Source: a virus
Lineage: Duplodnaviria > Caudoviricetes
Reading direction: 5' to 3' (one strand)
Virus record (IMG/VR): IMGVR_UViG_3300025530_000155
Coordinates: 1-49,752 of that record
Length of the DNA: 49,752 bases
Of the stretch, positions 25,801 through 34,234 are shown piece by piece. The translations under genes and the position numbers were made by a program. Within the stretch, counting starts at the first letter, position 1; each line of letters opens with the position of its first letter. The notes beneath the pieces were generated by a model that saw nothing but the letters and a program-made list of their open reading frames with translations, had not been told where the DNA came from and did not search any database.

Positions 25801-26814
25801 AGACGATTCCTCTCGCATTTGCTTGAGGACGTAACGAACAGCCGCAAGCTCCCCGTTTTCCTCCCCTTTTCGGAGTACGTTGCGTTGCAGTTCCTCAAGC
25901 ACTTCCAAGACAGTACGGTAGCTGACGCTGTTGCCTTTAAGGATTTCACGATAAGCGTCATGTACGATCTTGCTGTATTCGGAGTCCTCGTTTACGAGCA
26001 GGTAATGAGCGAGCGCAACTTCCCTGTCCGACATTCGTGACAACTCGGGGAGATAATTGACCAGCGCCTTTTTGCTCCACCTCTCAATCGTCCCTAGAAC
26101 CTCAACAAGAATGTCGGCCTGACGGGTTATCTCTGCTGTGACATTAGGGTCAGCAATAAGGATTGTGTTGGAACGTAGGTTATGCTTCGCCAGTTCACGG
26201 TTCAGAAGTTCTTCTGCCATCCTGATCTTTGCGATTCCGGTCATACCGTACATGAAGGAGGCTCTTTTACCTTCGACCTTGCCCGCCGACAATATAGGAA
26301 GGTCAGCCTCGAACAGACGCTTCTCAAGATCAACAACCTCAAGGATTCCGGCTTCCTTTAGGTCGTTAAGGTTCTTCATTAGATGTTGCTCTGCCTCGTT
26401 CCCTATATGGGCTACCTTGTTCGACCTTATCTCGTTCATGACAGAAGCTAGTCGTTTCAGTTCAGAGGAAACCAAACCCAAAACCGAGGCAGGAGAAACA
26501 ACATCCAGCCTCTGGGCATGTACAGGGTTTCCTCCCAACGATTCCAGTATCAAGGACTCGCTGTATTTATCAGGAGTCGCCAAATAGTCATCTACCCGCT
26601 CAGTCAGGCTCGAATGACGAACGATAACAGCATGTAGAATATCATGCTCGATGGTGGCTCTGTACGTCCCAATACCGAGGAAATTGATGTGATACAACTT
26701 GTTAAGGTAATGTCCGTAAGTTCCCTTCCTCTTGGTATTGAGCCGGGTAGAAAAAACCCCCTTGTATAGAAGGGGGATACCGGAATGTTGGGGGATATTT
26801 ACACAGTTGTCCAT
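22879..26814 (-). CDS. Large tail/baseplate-associated protein with internal repeats and lectin-like (DUF1080/ConA) domain
   Basis: 1311 aa; acidic ~19-aa repeats; WHKLRAVVRGNRFTIYIDG lectin motif. Confidence 0.65.
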   Translation of the reverse strand: MDNCVNIPQHSGIPLLYKGVFSTRLNTKRKGTYGHYLNKLYHINFLGIGTYRATIEHDILHAVIVRHSSLTERVDDYLATPDKYSESLILESLGGNPVHAQRLDVVSPASVLGLVSSELKRLASVMNEIRSNKVAHIGNEAEQHLMKNLNDLKEAGILEVVDLEKRLFEADLPILSAGKVEGKRASFMYGMTGIAKIRMAEELLNRELAKHNLRSNTILIADPNVTAEITRQADILVEVLGTIERWSKKALVNYLPELSRMSDREVALAHYLLVNEDSEYSKIVHDAYREILKGNSVSYRTVLEVLEELQRNVLRKGEENGELAAVRYVLKQMREESSLEFDRNVIRAGQEIEEKVQGTKVHPTTVEIKFDHEVKAEDTKTYLSLLDKLYYDFVRFSKQAEELEPKFYGIGEYGNDAVILDSLFGRDSVNRDNTNVLEELHFIKYDNKRFTELFTEHGELWNIDSPVFSDTQDEFIFAELTSEEEPITFVPDEDIFAEIVGPEVELTETFEVELFGELVSESEPLVPSYSMEMWGELVSEDDVLAPSVYQEMWGELANDPEVQRPETDQLVIGVKLFPDVGMEDTDYDIAVLSCSGPPDLKYRRRPDLEPDPEPEDPLFEWVCTEGYVCDDWLIVPLKDFNFENPNMDGFYDPVTWEPYFPTGHTDDNGDPYVLPPYSVLNEPISNGADVGGKEPMAINPCNLYSFIEYIVKIYDAYKTRFQGSTPIDTISRVMNMLYEQVEKLVAEWDESKEYTPDELWRIYRFIRWMALGITNRFYRVKIVYTYGDFVEQFEVYPFSELIRTEGSSRKYVPGYGWVLEGHPVVQTEQNKAYLDFELPKKTRSSTISFEVGNVVPDRPPEILPGGILFSENFEGLPDNFKIKGDGWVPVPTQGGTGLGVENPARVKTYRTNTFNVPTNAQTPAIQFTYGIDTNMETNLLLKRTDGTVVWRSVGVTQYSNIRLNNVAPGDYYFEVRVPQAEGNNMAEILFSAQQIQTEWRKVGYQTQWVVEGNVIYEDENTPEIAMVINPQWVQDSEYEFEVEFKTEDIPENYGLIDWIGVVLNYRDPNNYYAFGTWSHLDPQNPGGLLKVVNGQQQGSPWSPTWTINPDFRFQLGRWHKLRAVVRGNRFTIYIDGRQYLNVTDPSGWGHGASGLMAFSNPKSSFRNAKYRGKPRFDAYIDNVIVDAPAIVIPVEKPKYAIDFYLDNDSVPRVKDYSAETKRAYSFPILEGEHEAKWVFKKIGTETSESQDASFVDNIVVKGMKVVGAEVVEEFIGCGGHMAVKLLIENLLEYYRRHHQGCKGERNIWIIE

Positions 26815-26844
26815 GTTGTATATCCCCCTTTATTTTCGTATTGA

Positions 26845-28473
26845 TTACAACGTAACCAGTCCAGCCGAGATCGGTTCAGTGCGTGCTCCTGCCAGTTCCG
26901 CCCCTTCCGGTACTGCTCCGATTCCCGTCCAACTCGTCACGCCGCGACCGGACACGATGTCGTAGGACGTGTTGAATTTAATGATCTTACTATCGTCCAC
27001 TTCCATCTTGATTGCGATACCAACACCTTTGTAGGTGTCCTTGACACCGAACGATTTCAGGAAGTGGTTGTTGGAAGTCAAGCGGTAATACTTGTACTTC
27101 TCACGCTTCCAGTGTTGGTGGTATTCCGGGTGATCGATGTCTTTCGGGTCAATCGGGTCACCGTTGGTGTCAACCGGACAAGGGTTACAATCGCTGACAG
27201 GACGAATGATCTCGAACTCGTCAAGGTGTAGTACGCCTTGCTTGCTGACCGCCAACGTATTTTGCAGGAATCCCCGCTTGCCGTCCGTTGGGTGGTAGAC
27301 GTAGACAGGACTCAGGTGGAACATGCCCGTCCACGAAGACGGCTGATACAATTCCGACTTCCGGGTATCTCCGGTCGGGTCGTCGTAGATGACCGAAGCG
27401 TAGTGGTTTTGCCACAGCAGGCCACCGTAGGTGCGGTACATCGCAATAGACGTTACACCGTTAGACGTTTGGTCACCGTAGCGCTCGCCGCCTGACGGGT
27501 TTTCAGACGAACCGGCTAGTGCAAAGTTGCCGCCCACGTCCAGTTTACCTTCCTTGAAGGATTGAATCTGACCGCAGTAGACATGAGATACCATACCGAA
27601 CCCGTCAGTCGTCAGAGAAGGCTCGCCTTGGAACACGAGAGAGAAGCTGTCTCGGGAAGCATATCCCCAAATGTTGACCGGGATGTCCAGCACGTTCGGA
27701 ATCGAGTTGCTTACGTCGTCGGAGATGAAGTCCACGTCCACCGGGTACGTTGGCAACTCGGCCAGCTTGTACAGACCGTTCAGTTCGTACAGAACGTCAT
27801 TTTGATTCGTGTCGGGAGTCGAGCCGATAAGGTTGCTGTCGTAGTAGTAATAGTTCGGCGTCAGCTTGAACTGAATGCGTTTGAAGTTACCGCTGTTGCC
27901 GCCCGGATAGTTGACGTGAGACAGCACAAGGAACATTTCACTGAACGCCGCTTGACCGTTCTCGTCTTCGACAGGAGTCGTAACGGTTTTCAGGATGTGG
28001 GTAAACTCGTTGACGTAACCTTCCTCGTTGACCTTTGGGGGAAGCGTCTCCACAAACTTCCAACCTGCCTTACACAGAATCGTAACCAAGTCCCAATGAA
28101 GGTTACGAACGCTGGAACGTACTTCAACGTAATACCCGTTTCCTTTCGGTTGTTCCTTGTAGTAAGACAGGGAAACCGTTCTCGTTTCCTCGCCTGCTGT
28201 GTATGTCACCTGAACGGTTGCGTCACCGGTCAGGACGAGTTTAGGAGACTTGTCGCTTGCGGCGTTGCCCGTTACATAGAACGTTCCCTCAAACTTCCTC
28301 GTGGAAGCATTGTACGCCAGCGAAACCGTAATAGAGTTGGAAGGGCTTGACCCGTCCTCAAGAACAGTGACCGTAGGATTGTCTGCACTTTGCAGGTCGT
28401 CGTCCGAGAGCCTGATCTTGATTGCCTTATCGTCGCCCCACGCCAGCGAAGGGTATAGTTCAAGGTTAACCAT
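26845..28473 (-). CDS. Virion structural protein
   Basis: 542-aa ORF with strong RBS AAGGAGG, within the tail cluster. Confidence 0.6.
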   Translation of the reverse strand: MVNLELYPSLAWGDDKAIKIRLSDDDLQSADNPTVTVLEDGSSPSNSITVSLAYNASTRKFEGTFYVTGNAASDKSPKLVLTGDATVQVTYTAGEETRTVSLSYYKEQPKGNGYYVEVRSSVRNLHWDLVTILCKAGWKFVETLPPKVNEEGYVNEFTHILKTVTTPVEDENGQAAFSEMFLVLSHVNYPGGNSGNFKRIQFKLTPNYYYYDSNLIGSTPDTNQNDVLYELNGLYKLAELPTYPVDVDFISDDVSNSIPNVLDIPVNIWGYASRDSFSLVFQGEPSLTTDGFGMVSHVYCGQIQSFKEGKLDVGGNFALAGSSENPSGGERYGDQTSNGVTSIAMYRTYGGLLWQNHYASVIYDDPTGDTRKSELYQPSSWTGMFHLSPVYVYHPTDGKRGFLQNTLAVSKQGVLHLDEFEIIRPVSDCNPCPVDTNGDPIDPKDIDHPEYHQHWKREKYKYYRLTSNNHFLKSFGVKDTYKGVGIAIKMEVDDSKIIKFNTSYDIVSGRGVTSWTGIGAVPEGAELAGARTEPISAGLVTL

Positions 28474-28494
28474 TTATGCTTGACCTCCTTTAGA

Positions 28495-28959
28495 TTAAGC
28501 ATCAACAACATTGAGTATAAGCGTGTCTGAGTCGGCAGGGGATACAAGAAGCTTCAAGTCAATCCACACCTGCTTGGACGTTCCTGAGTTATTCACGAAA
28601 TCGAATCTCATTGGTGTGTTCTTCGCTATCGGGTAGATCATCGACATCATGGTTCCCGAATATATCGTCTGCGGCAACTCTTTGGTGTAGACCGTCTCGA
28701 ATACTTTGTACGACCCGACCGTAAACTCCCAGTAGTCGGGGTGCAGGTATCCCGATGCCGCCAATGATGCGTTGACGAACTCGACATCCTTGTTTGCCGT
28801 GATGATTTTCGAGTACACGCCAACGTTAGGAGGTACGTCAATCCAAATACCCTTGACCTTGGGAACTGTCTTGCTAGGAAACTGCGGGTGAGGAAGCGCC
28901 CTGACTTTACCTACACTATCCACGTCACCGCCAAAAATGATTGTTCCGTAACCTGACAT
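28495..28959 (-). CDS. Hypothetical virion protein
   Basis: 154-aa ORF with RBS; tightly packed in the operon. Confidence 0.6.
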   Translation of the reverse strand: MSGYGTIIFGGDVDSVGKVRALPHPQFPSKTVPKVKGIWIDVPPNVGVYSKIITANKDVEFVNASLAASGYLHPDYWEFTVGSYKVFETVYTKELPQTIYSGTMMSMIYPIAKNTPMRFDFVNNSGTSKQVWIDLKLLVSPADSDTLILNVVDA

Positions 28960-28972
28960 TCACCCGCCCCCC

Positions 28973-29398
28973 TTACGTGTAGGTCAGTTCCAACTTTTGA
29001 ATCCTTCCGTAACCGTTCTCACGCACCAAGCTCCCCTGTACCGTCCGGCTTCCGTAATCGGAAGCAAATTCCACAACGAACCCAGTAATCAGGACATTGT
29101 TGATAAACTCGTGGTCATCGATGGTAGAAGGTACAGGAGGGTTCGCGCCGCGAATAAGGGTGATCGTCTCGGTCGAACCGTCTGCGTAAGTCGTCACGAC
29201 GGAATCTATGACATCGGGGTCATACGGGTTGCTTCCACGGAACAACTCAACCGACCGCACTTCATCGGAGGTCCCTGAAAATTCACTAGGTTCGGAGATC
29301 ATGTAGTTCCGGTTGCTCTCGAACTGGCTCCTTTTGATCTCCCGACGAATCATCTCCAGTATGGGGAAGACATCGTTCGCATTGAGAAAGTTCCTCAT
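28973..29398 (-). CDS. Hypothetical virion protein
   Basis: 141-aa ORF with RBS AAGGGGTGG; follows a candidate promoter. Confidence 0.6.
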   Translation of the reverse strand: MRNFLNANDVFPILEMIRREIKRSQFESNRNYMISEPSEFSGTSDEVRSVELFRGSNPYDPDVIDSVVTTYADGSTETITLIRGANPPVPSTIDDHEFINNVLITGFVVEFASDYGSRTVQGSLVRENGYGRIQKLELTYT

Positions 29399-29423
29399 GG
29401 TTCCACCCCTTATTTCTTCTCTA

Positions 29424-29451
29424 AGTATAAGGAGATACCGTAAAGATTAAC
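29424..29451 (-). promoter_or_regulatory. Candidate phage late promoter
   Basis: GTTAA-N15-CTTATACT directly after a terminator. Confidence 0.5.
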
Positions 29452-29453
29452 TA

Positions 29454-29497
29454 GAAAGAGGAAATGGTGCGACATCACCAAAAGAGAATCGCACCAT
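29454..29497 (-). terminator. Terminator after the tail hub gene
   Basis: ATGGTGCGA/TCGCACCAT stem, then TTCCTCTTT. Confidence 0.6.
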
Positions 29498-29502
29498 ACC
29501 TG

Positions 29503-32500
29503 TCATGCAGGCTCGCCCCATGTCAATTCGAGACGGTTTATCATGCCGTTACTGTTCCCCATGAGTGTGTTGCCTTTAATGATGTAATAACCCATCGTGG
29601 ACGTGTTTTCGTCATAGACGTAACAACCGTCAAGAACCTCAATGAACGGGTTGCCTTTGACGACAACCTCTTTAGTCCTTGCCTGACGCTTCATGTCGAA
29701 GAACAGCTTTTCGGCTACGATTTTCTTGGCCCCGTAAGTGGACGCCCCGTCACTCTCATCAATCCACGGACATTCTACCTGTGCCGTCCTGATGTGGCCC
29801 TTCGTGGCAACCAGCAAGTCCTTGTCAAAGAAATGTTCCTTGTTGCCGTGGGAACCTACGACGATGATGTGGTTCCTGACCCGAGAATAATCCGTAGACG
29901 AGTTCAACGAGTACAAGTTCTCTCCGCTTCGGAAGTTCCACCGCATATTGTTCTCGAAGTCCAGCCGGTGCATGACAAACGTTCCATACCGGTTGACATA
30001 GACACGGAAGTTGATCTCATCCACGATGCGCCTGATACAGTCGGAAACGCGCTCGCCCGGATTGAACACGATGGCCTCGACGAACGGGTTCTTGTATCCG
30101 TTCGGAGTCTTCACGTTCAATGTGACTTCCTCAAGAACACCTTTGGAGTTAAACTTCATGAAGGTGTTGTTCTTTTGGTTGATGTCCGTGTAGTACGTTT
30201 CCTCGATCACGAGGTCAGGGTGCAAAAGGTCTTCATAAACGTACCGCCACCCTGTCATGCCTGCGTGGTTCGCTAGAGCCTGAACAATACTTGACTTGAG
30301 CCACGGCCTTGGTGTTGAGTCTCCTGCGAAAGACTCGGCAGGCGGGAAGCTCATCTCTTTCAGGAGGATACATTCCTCAAGCAAGTCGAACCTGTCCACG
30401 CAGTTGAAGGTTATTGTACGGGATTCAGAGTCTTCCTCGATCTCCCCTTTAATCATCCCCGTGAACACACGAACAATGTGATTGCCGTACCCTGCGTAAA
30501 TACGAACAGGCGTGTACTCACTGATGACGTGTCGGACTTCCCCTTCCTCGTAGTAGGTGTAAGGATTCTTCCTCTTGTTCTCCGGGAATATTGTATTTCG
30601 GACATACTCAGGGGAATAGAGTCCGTGGCTGTTGTTCAGCGTAACCCGCGCCGTGGACGAAGACATATCAAGGTGAGTAGTGACTTCCCACTCCATAATG
30701 TCATCCTCGATATAGAACGTCTCATCGTACACGAACCCGCCGAGGTCATACCACTTTGGTGTCACCTGCATTTCCGTGGTCGTCGTGGTGATCGGCGTAC
30801 TGGTAGCGTAATTCTTGTTGACGTACTTCACTTCATCCACATAGACAATACCGGTTCCCGATTCCGTGGTGCTGATCTCCACGCGGTTGTCGGAATCATT
30901 GAACGACTCGGGACTCAGGCCGGTGTCCGTCCACCCTGAAACACCCCTGACGAAGACGCGCATTTTGTTCTCGTTTTCGGCCACCAGCATGTATTCCCGC
31001 CATTCCGTGTTGTCAACATTGTAAGCCCTCGTGCCGTCGGACACATTGCCTTTCGTGAACATAACACGGAAAGCCTTGCTTCCGTTGGACACCGTTACAC
31101 GTCCCATATGAGTGCTGTCTGACATCTTGGTCTTGAACTGCATAGTGAACGGGTAAGCTACGTCCCCGCGCCGAACGATACCCTTAGCGGAAGACGTATC
31201 ATTGTCGGAGAAGTAGATGTACTCCCCGCCCGGATAGACCGTCGTACCGCTCAACGTAGACCAGTCGCTTGCGTCCTCCATACCATCCTCGAAATCCCAA
31301 ACCGTGCTTCTGTACCCGCCGCTGGAATCTCCGCTAGAAGACGGTATGATGATCTGCTCCCGAATCTCAGCGAACTCGACAGCCTTGACGGTCATGATGC
31401 CGAACATAGACTGAGAAGCTGTCGGAGGCGTGGACGTGTTTATCATGGAGAACTCGAACGTGTGACTCCCTGACGGAACCGTGATGGGAGTTGGGTGGAC
31501 GATGCCATTCGGGAGTTGATCTCCCCTAGCCGACCACACTACCGTGCCGTCCATCTTCAACTGAATGAGGTCGCCCGGAGTCAGTCTCTTGTAGAAGCAA
31601 GAGAACGATAGGTATCCCTGATGGAACCATTGGTGCGTAAACGTAAACGACTTCCGGTATCCGGGAGAAGGGAGCCTGTTGAACCCCAACACACGCTTCG
31701 ACCCTTGCGGAGTCGAGGCCGTGAAGTAGTCGCTGTTGTTAATACCGAACTTGGAATCCGTTCCTTGGTGCAAGTCCTTGTAGTAGGAAGTTCGTTCCTC
31801 TGTCTTGGTGATCGTGGTCACGCTTCCTGTACTTCCTCCACCGCCCGGCGAAGTCGTCACTCCGTTCAGGGTAATGGAGCCGTTCAGAACCTTCTCCGGG
31901 TCGATGTCAACGCCGTCCTTCCAAACCTCGAAGTGAAGATGGGAGCCGTCTCCGCCGCCTGACGGGATAACGCTACCCGTATTTCCTCCTAGACCAATAC
32001 GTTGCCCGGCCTTTACGATCTGTCCCACCTTGACCAAGTTTGCATCAAGGTGAGCATATCTCGTCCTGACGCCATTTCCGTGGTCGATGGTCACGTAGTA
32101 ACCGTACCCGCCAGCGTTGTAACTGGCCTCTACGACTGTACCGTCCCACACAGCCACAACCGGGTCGCCTTTTGCCAAATCAAGGTCAAGGCCTTTGTGT
32201 TTCGGCCTCGAAGGATTTACCGTTCTGTGCCTTGACGTAATCACCATGTCACTTAGGCTGGACTTTCCTTCAAGCGGCATTACGGGTGCATTGGAGTAGA
32301 ACGTCCCGCCACTCTCGTCAGGGACGACCACGGAAACAACGTTCGTCGTCGTCTCTTTGGTGATGTACTCTATCACATCAAACTTCTTTTTCAGGCCCCG
32401 GACGTAGACAAACTTGTCAAGCTCAACGATCACTCGTGGAGCATGACCGAACGCATTGACTTTACGCATGAGTTCGTTCAGCGCGTGTCTGCTAGGCCTG

Positions 32501-32523
32501 TCAGAATTATTGAGAAACATCAC
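29503..32523 (-). CDS. Tail hub / tail-associated lysin with M23 peptidase domain
   Basis: HKGLD, YAHL and HLHFE motifs; inserted beta-sandwich domains; C-terminal hub-like region (RVFTG, VKGNPFIEVLD). Third gene after the tape measure. Confidence 0.85.
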   Translation of the reverse strand: MMFLNNSDRPSRHALNELMRKVNAFGHAPRVIVELDKFVYVRGLKKKFDVIEYITKETTTNVVSVVVPDESGGTFYSNAPVMPLEGKSSLSDMVITSRHRTVNPSRPKHKGLDLDLAKGDPVVAVWDGTVVEASYNAGGYGYYVTIDHGNGVRTRYAHLDANLVKVGQIVKAGQRIGLGGNTGSVIPSGGGDGSHLHFEVWKDGVDIDPEKVLNGSITLNGVTTSPGGGGSTGSVTTITKTEERTSYYKDLHQGTDSKFGINNSDYFTASTPQGSKRVLGFNRLPSPGYRKSFTFTHQWFHQGYLSFSCFYKRLTPGDLIQLKMDGTVVWSARGDQLPNGIVHPTPITVPSGSHTFEFSMINTSTPPTASQSMFGIMTVKAVEFAEIREQIIIPSSSGDSSGGYRSTVWDFEDGMEDASDWSTLSGTTVYPGGEYIYFSDNDTSSAKGIVRRGDVAYPFTMQFKTKMSDSTHMGRVTVSNGSKAFRVMFTKGNVSDGTRAYNVDNTEWREYMLVAENENKMRVFVRGVSGWTDTGLSPESFNDSDNRVEISTTESGTGIVYVDEVKYVNKNYATSTPITTTTTEMQVTPKWYDLGGFVYDETFYIEDDIMEWEVTTHLDMSSSTARVTLNNSHGLYSPEYVRNTIFPENKRKNPYTYYEEGEVRHVISEYTPVRIYAGYGNHIVRVFTGMIKGEIEEDSESRTITFNCVDRFDLLEECILLKEMSFPPAESFAGDSTPRPWLKSSIVQALANHAGMTGWRYVYEDLLHPDLVIEETYYTDINQKNNTFMKFNSKGVLEEVTLNVKTPNGYKNPFVEAIVFNPGERVSDCIRRIVDEINFRVYVNRYGTFVMHRLDFENNMRWNFRSGENLYSLNSSTDYSRVRNHIIVVGSHGNKEHFFDKDLLVATKGHIRTAQVECPWIDESDGASTYGAKKIVAEKLFFDMKRQARTKEVVVKGNPFIEVLDGCYVYDENTSTMGYYIIKGNTLMGNSNGMINRLELTWGEPA

Positions 32524-32526
32524 TCA

Positions 32527-33567
32527 TCACCTGAACCTTTCCAAAGCCCACTCAATGAACCTGTGTAGGTATGTCACAGCCTCCGCCCGCGTAATGCACC
32601 CGCTAGGGTTGAAAGTTCCGTCTGCATACAGAGGGAACACATAGCACCCGTCAAGGTACTTTTCATGAAGGATGTCCATCAGGTCTTCCGTCCACCACTG
32701 ACCGTCCGGGATGTCGGGAATGTTGCGCTCATTGACGGCGTGTGGAACGTATTCCCGATCAGTGAAGCGGCGGTACAGGTTCAATCTCATCCGTTGCAAC
32801 AGAACCATAAACTCGCCGCGCATGAGGTTTACCTTGGGGAAGAACCTGTCGTTCCATGCCACAGCCTCGGATGTAGGGATGACGGTTTCAGCGGTGTGTA
32901 AAATCTGACCGTTCGCTCCCTTGTAGTTGTACTGCACAGTGACTGGTATATTCCAGTATTCGTAGGAAGTGTAAAGAACTCCGTCAACGATGGTAAATAC
33001 GTTTCGGTCGTAGCCGACCTGTCTACGCATAGCCTCCTGAACCGTCTCGCCCGGATAGCGCTCAAGCTCGATGCGTCTCAGTTTTTGGCCCATAGCCGTG
33101 GCAATCTCGTTCAGACTGTAGTTGATGTCGAACGTGTACTTGCTCTTATGCGCAAGCTCCGCCGATGGGTAGATGCCTGCCTGTACAAGAACAGGGGCCT
33201 TGCGGCACGTATCTGTCTCATGGTACGGTACGCCCATCGCCATGACCACGACTTGCAGACCCGCCGAGATAGGGTTCGGAAGATAAACCTTGTCTACGTC
33301 CGTATCTACGTTGACAGGTACTCCGTCCACGTAGCAGTAGACTGGATTGTCGTCGGATGGAACGTATCCCGGCAGAGGAAATTCTATCTGATTTTCCGTG
33401 CTGATATAAGATCGAACAATCCTCTCTTTGCCCGTGACGAACTTGTTGTACGGGACACTGTTGAACAACGTCTCCGTGTCCGACTGATCGGCGCTCAGAT
33501 ACAGCCTCGCGGCGTCCAGCACGTCACGGTAATACCAGTCGTATGGACTGACATCTATCCAACGCAT
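32527..33567 (-). CDS. Tail protein with SLH domains (one split, one intact)
   Basis: WIDVSPYDWYY ... FFPKVNLMRGEF (split) and PDIPDGQWW..DGTFNPSGCITRAEA (intact). Confidence 0.75.
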   Translation of the reverse strand: MRWIDVSPYDWYYRDVLDAARLYLSADQSDTETLFNSVPYNKFVTGKERIVRSYISTENQIEFPLPGYVPSDDNPVYCYVDGVPVNVDTDVDKVYLPNPISAGLQVVVMAMGVPYHETDTCRKAPVLVQAGIYPSAELAHKSKYTFDINYSLNEIATAMGQKLRRIELERYPGETVQEAMRRQVGYDRNVFTIVDGVLYTSYEYWNIPVTVQYNYKGANGQILHTAETVIPTSEAVAWNDRFFPKVNLMRGEFMVLLQRMRLNLYRRFTDREYVPHAVNERNIPDIPDGQWWTEDLMDILHEKYLDGCYVFPLYADGTFNPSGCITRAEAVTYLHRFIEWALERFR

Positions 33568-33568
33568 A

Positions 33569-34189
33569 TCAGTACCCCCTTAGAAGTTTGTCGATGAACC
33601 GGAAAGTCCGCATGAGGAACGCCGCCCCTTCGCCGCGAGTCAGGTGATCTTCCGGTCTAAAGTATTGAACCGGGTCACCGTTGTAATCGTAGACGGAGAT
33701 CAGACCTCTCTCCTGCATGTCCTTGATGTACTGCTCCGCCCAATGTCCGCTAATGTCAATAAACGGAGAAATGCTTCTGTAGTCGAAATCCTGCTTCCTG
33801 ACAAGCAGGAGATTAACTGTCACAAGGTATTTCGACTCTTGTTCGACTGCCCGTATGTCCGGCTCCCCATTTACAATACCGATGTAAATGGTGCCTTTTT
33901 CGTCGTAGTATTTATGCTCCGCCCCGATGAACTGTAACCAGTCCGCAAACTCCTTCTTGGAGTAAAAGAGCAACGTGAGGGTCGTGGTGTAATGACTGGT
34001 TCCTCCTTGCACCAGCCCCGCCGAACCGTTCAGCGTGGCATTGGCGTGCGACTTCATAACCGGAGCAGGAGGTTTGTAGTCGTTGACTATACGTCCCTTT
34101 ACTTCGACATAACGGAGGCCGTTATCGTAGAACAACTTCTTTTTGTACATGTTGTCTTCGCTAAAGAAGGCGTTTTGCTGAGTCATCAT
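33569..34189 (-). CDS. Distal tail (Dit-like) protein with C-terminal SLH domain
   Basis: Located directly after the tape measure; FIDISGHWAEQYI..GLIS..FRPEDHLTRGE. Confidence 0.75.
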   Translation of the reverse strand: MMTQQNAFFSEDNMYKKKLFYDNGLRYVEVKGRIVNDYKPPAPVMKSHANATLNGSAGLVQGGTSHYTTTLTLLFYSKKEFADWLQFIGAEHKYYDEKGTIYIGIVNGEPDIRAVEQESKYLVTVNLLLVRKQDFDYRSISPFIDISGHWAEQYIKDMQERGLISVYDYNGDPVQYFRPEDHLTRGEGAAFLMRTFRFIDKLLRGY

Positions 34190-34200
34190 ACCCCTCCTAA

Positions 34201-34229
34201 GAAAGAAGCCCCACCTTTTCAGATGGGGC
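34201..34229 (-). terminator. Terminator after the tape measure gene
   Basis: GCCCCATCT-GAAA-AGGTGGGGC, then TTCTTTC. Confidence 0.75.
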
Positions 34230-34234
34230 GAGAT

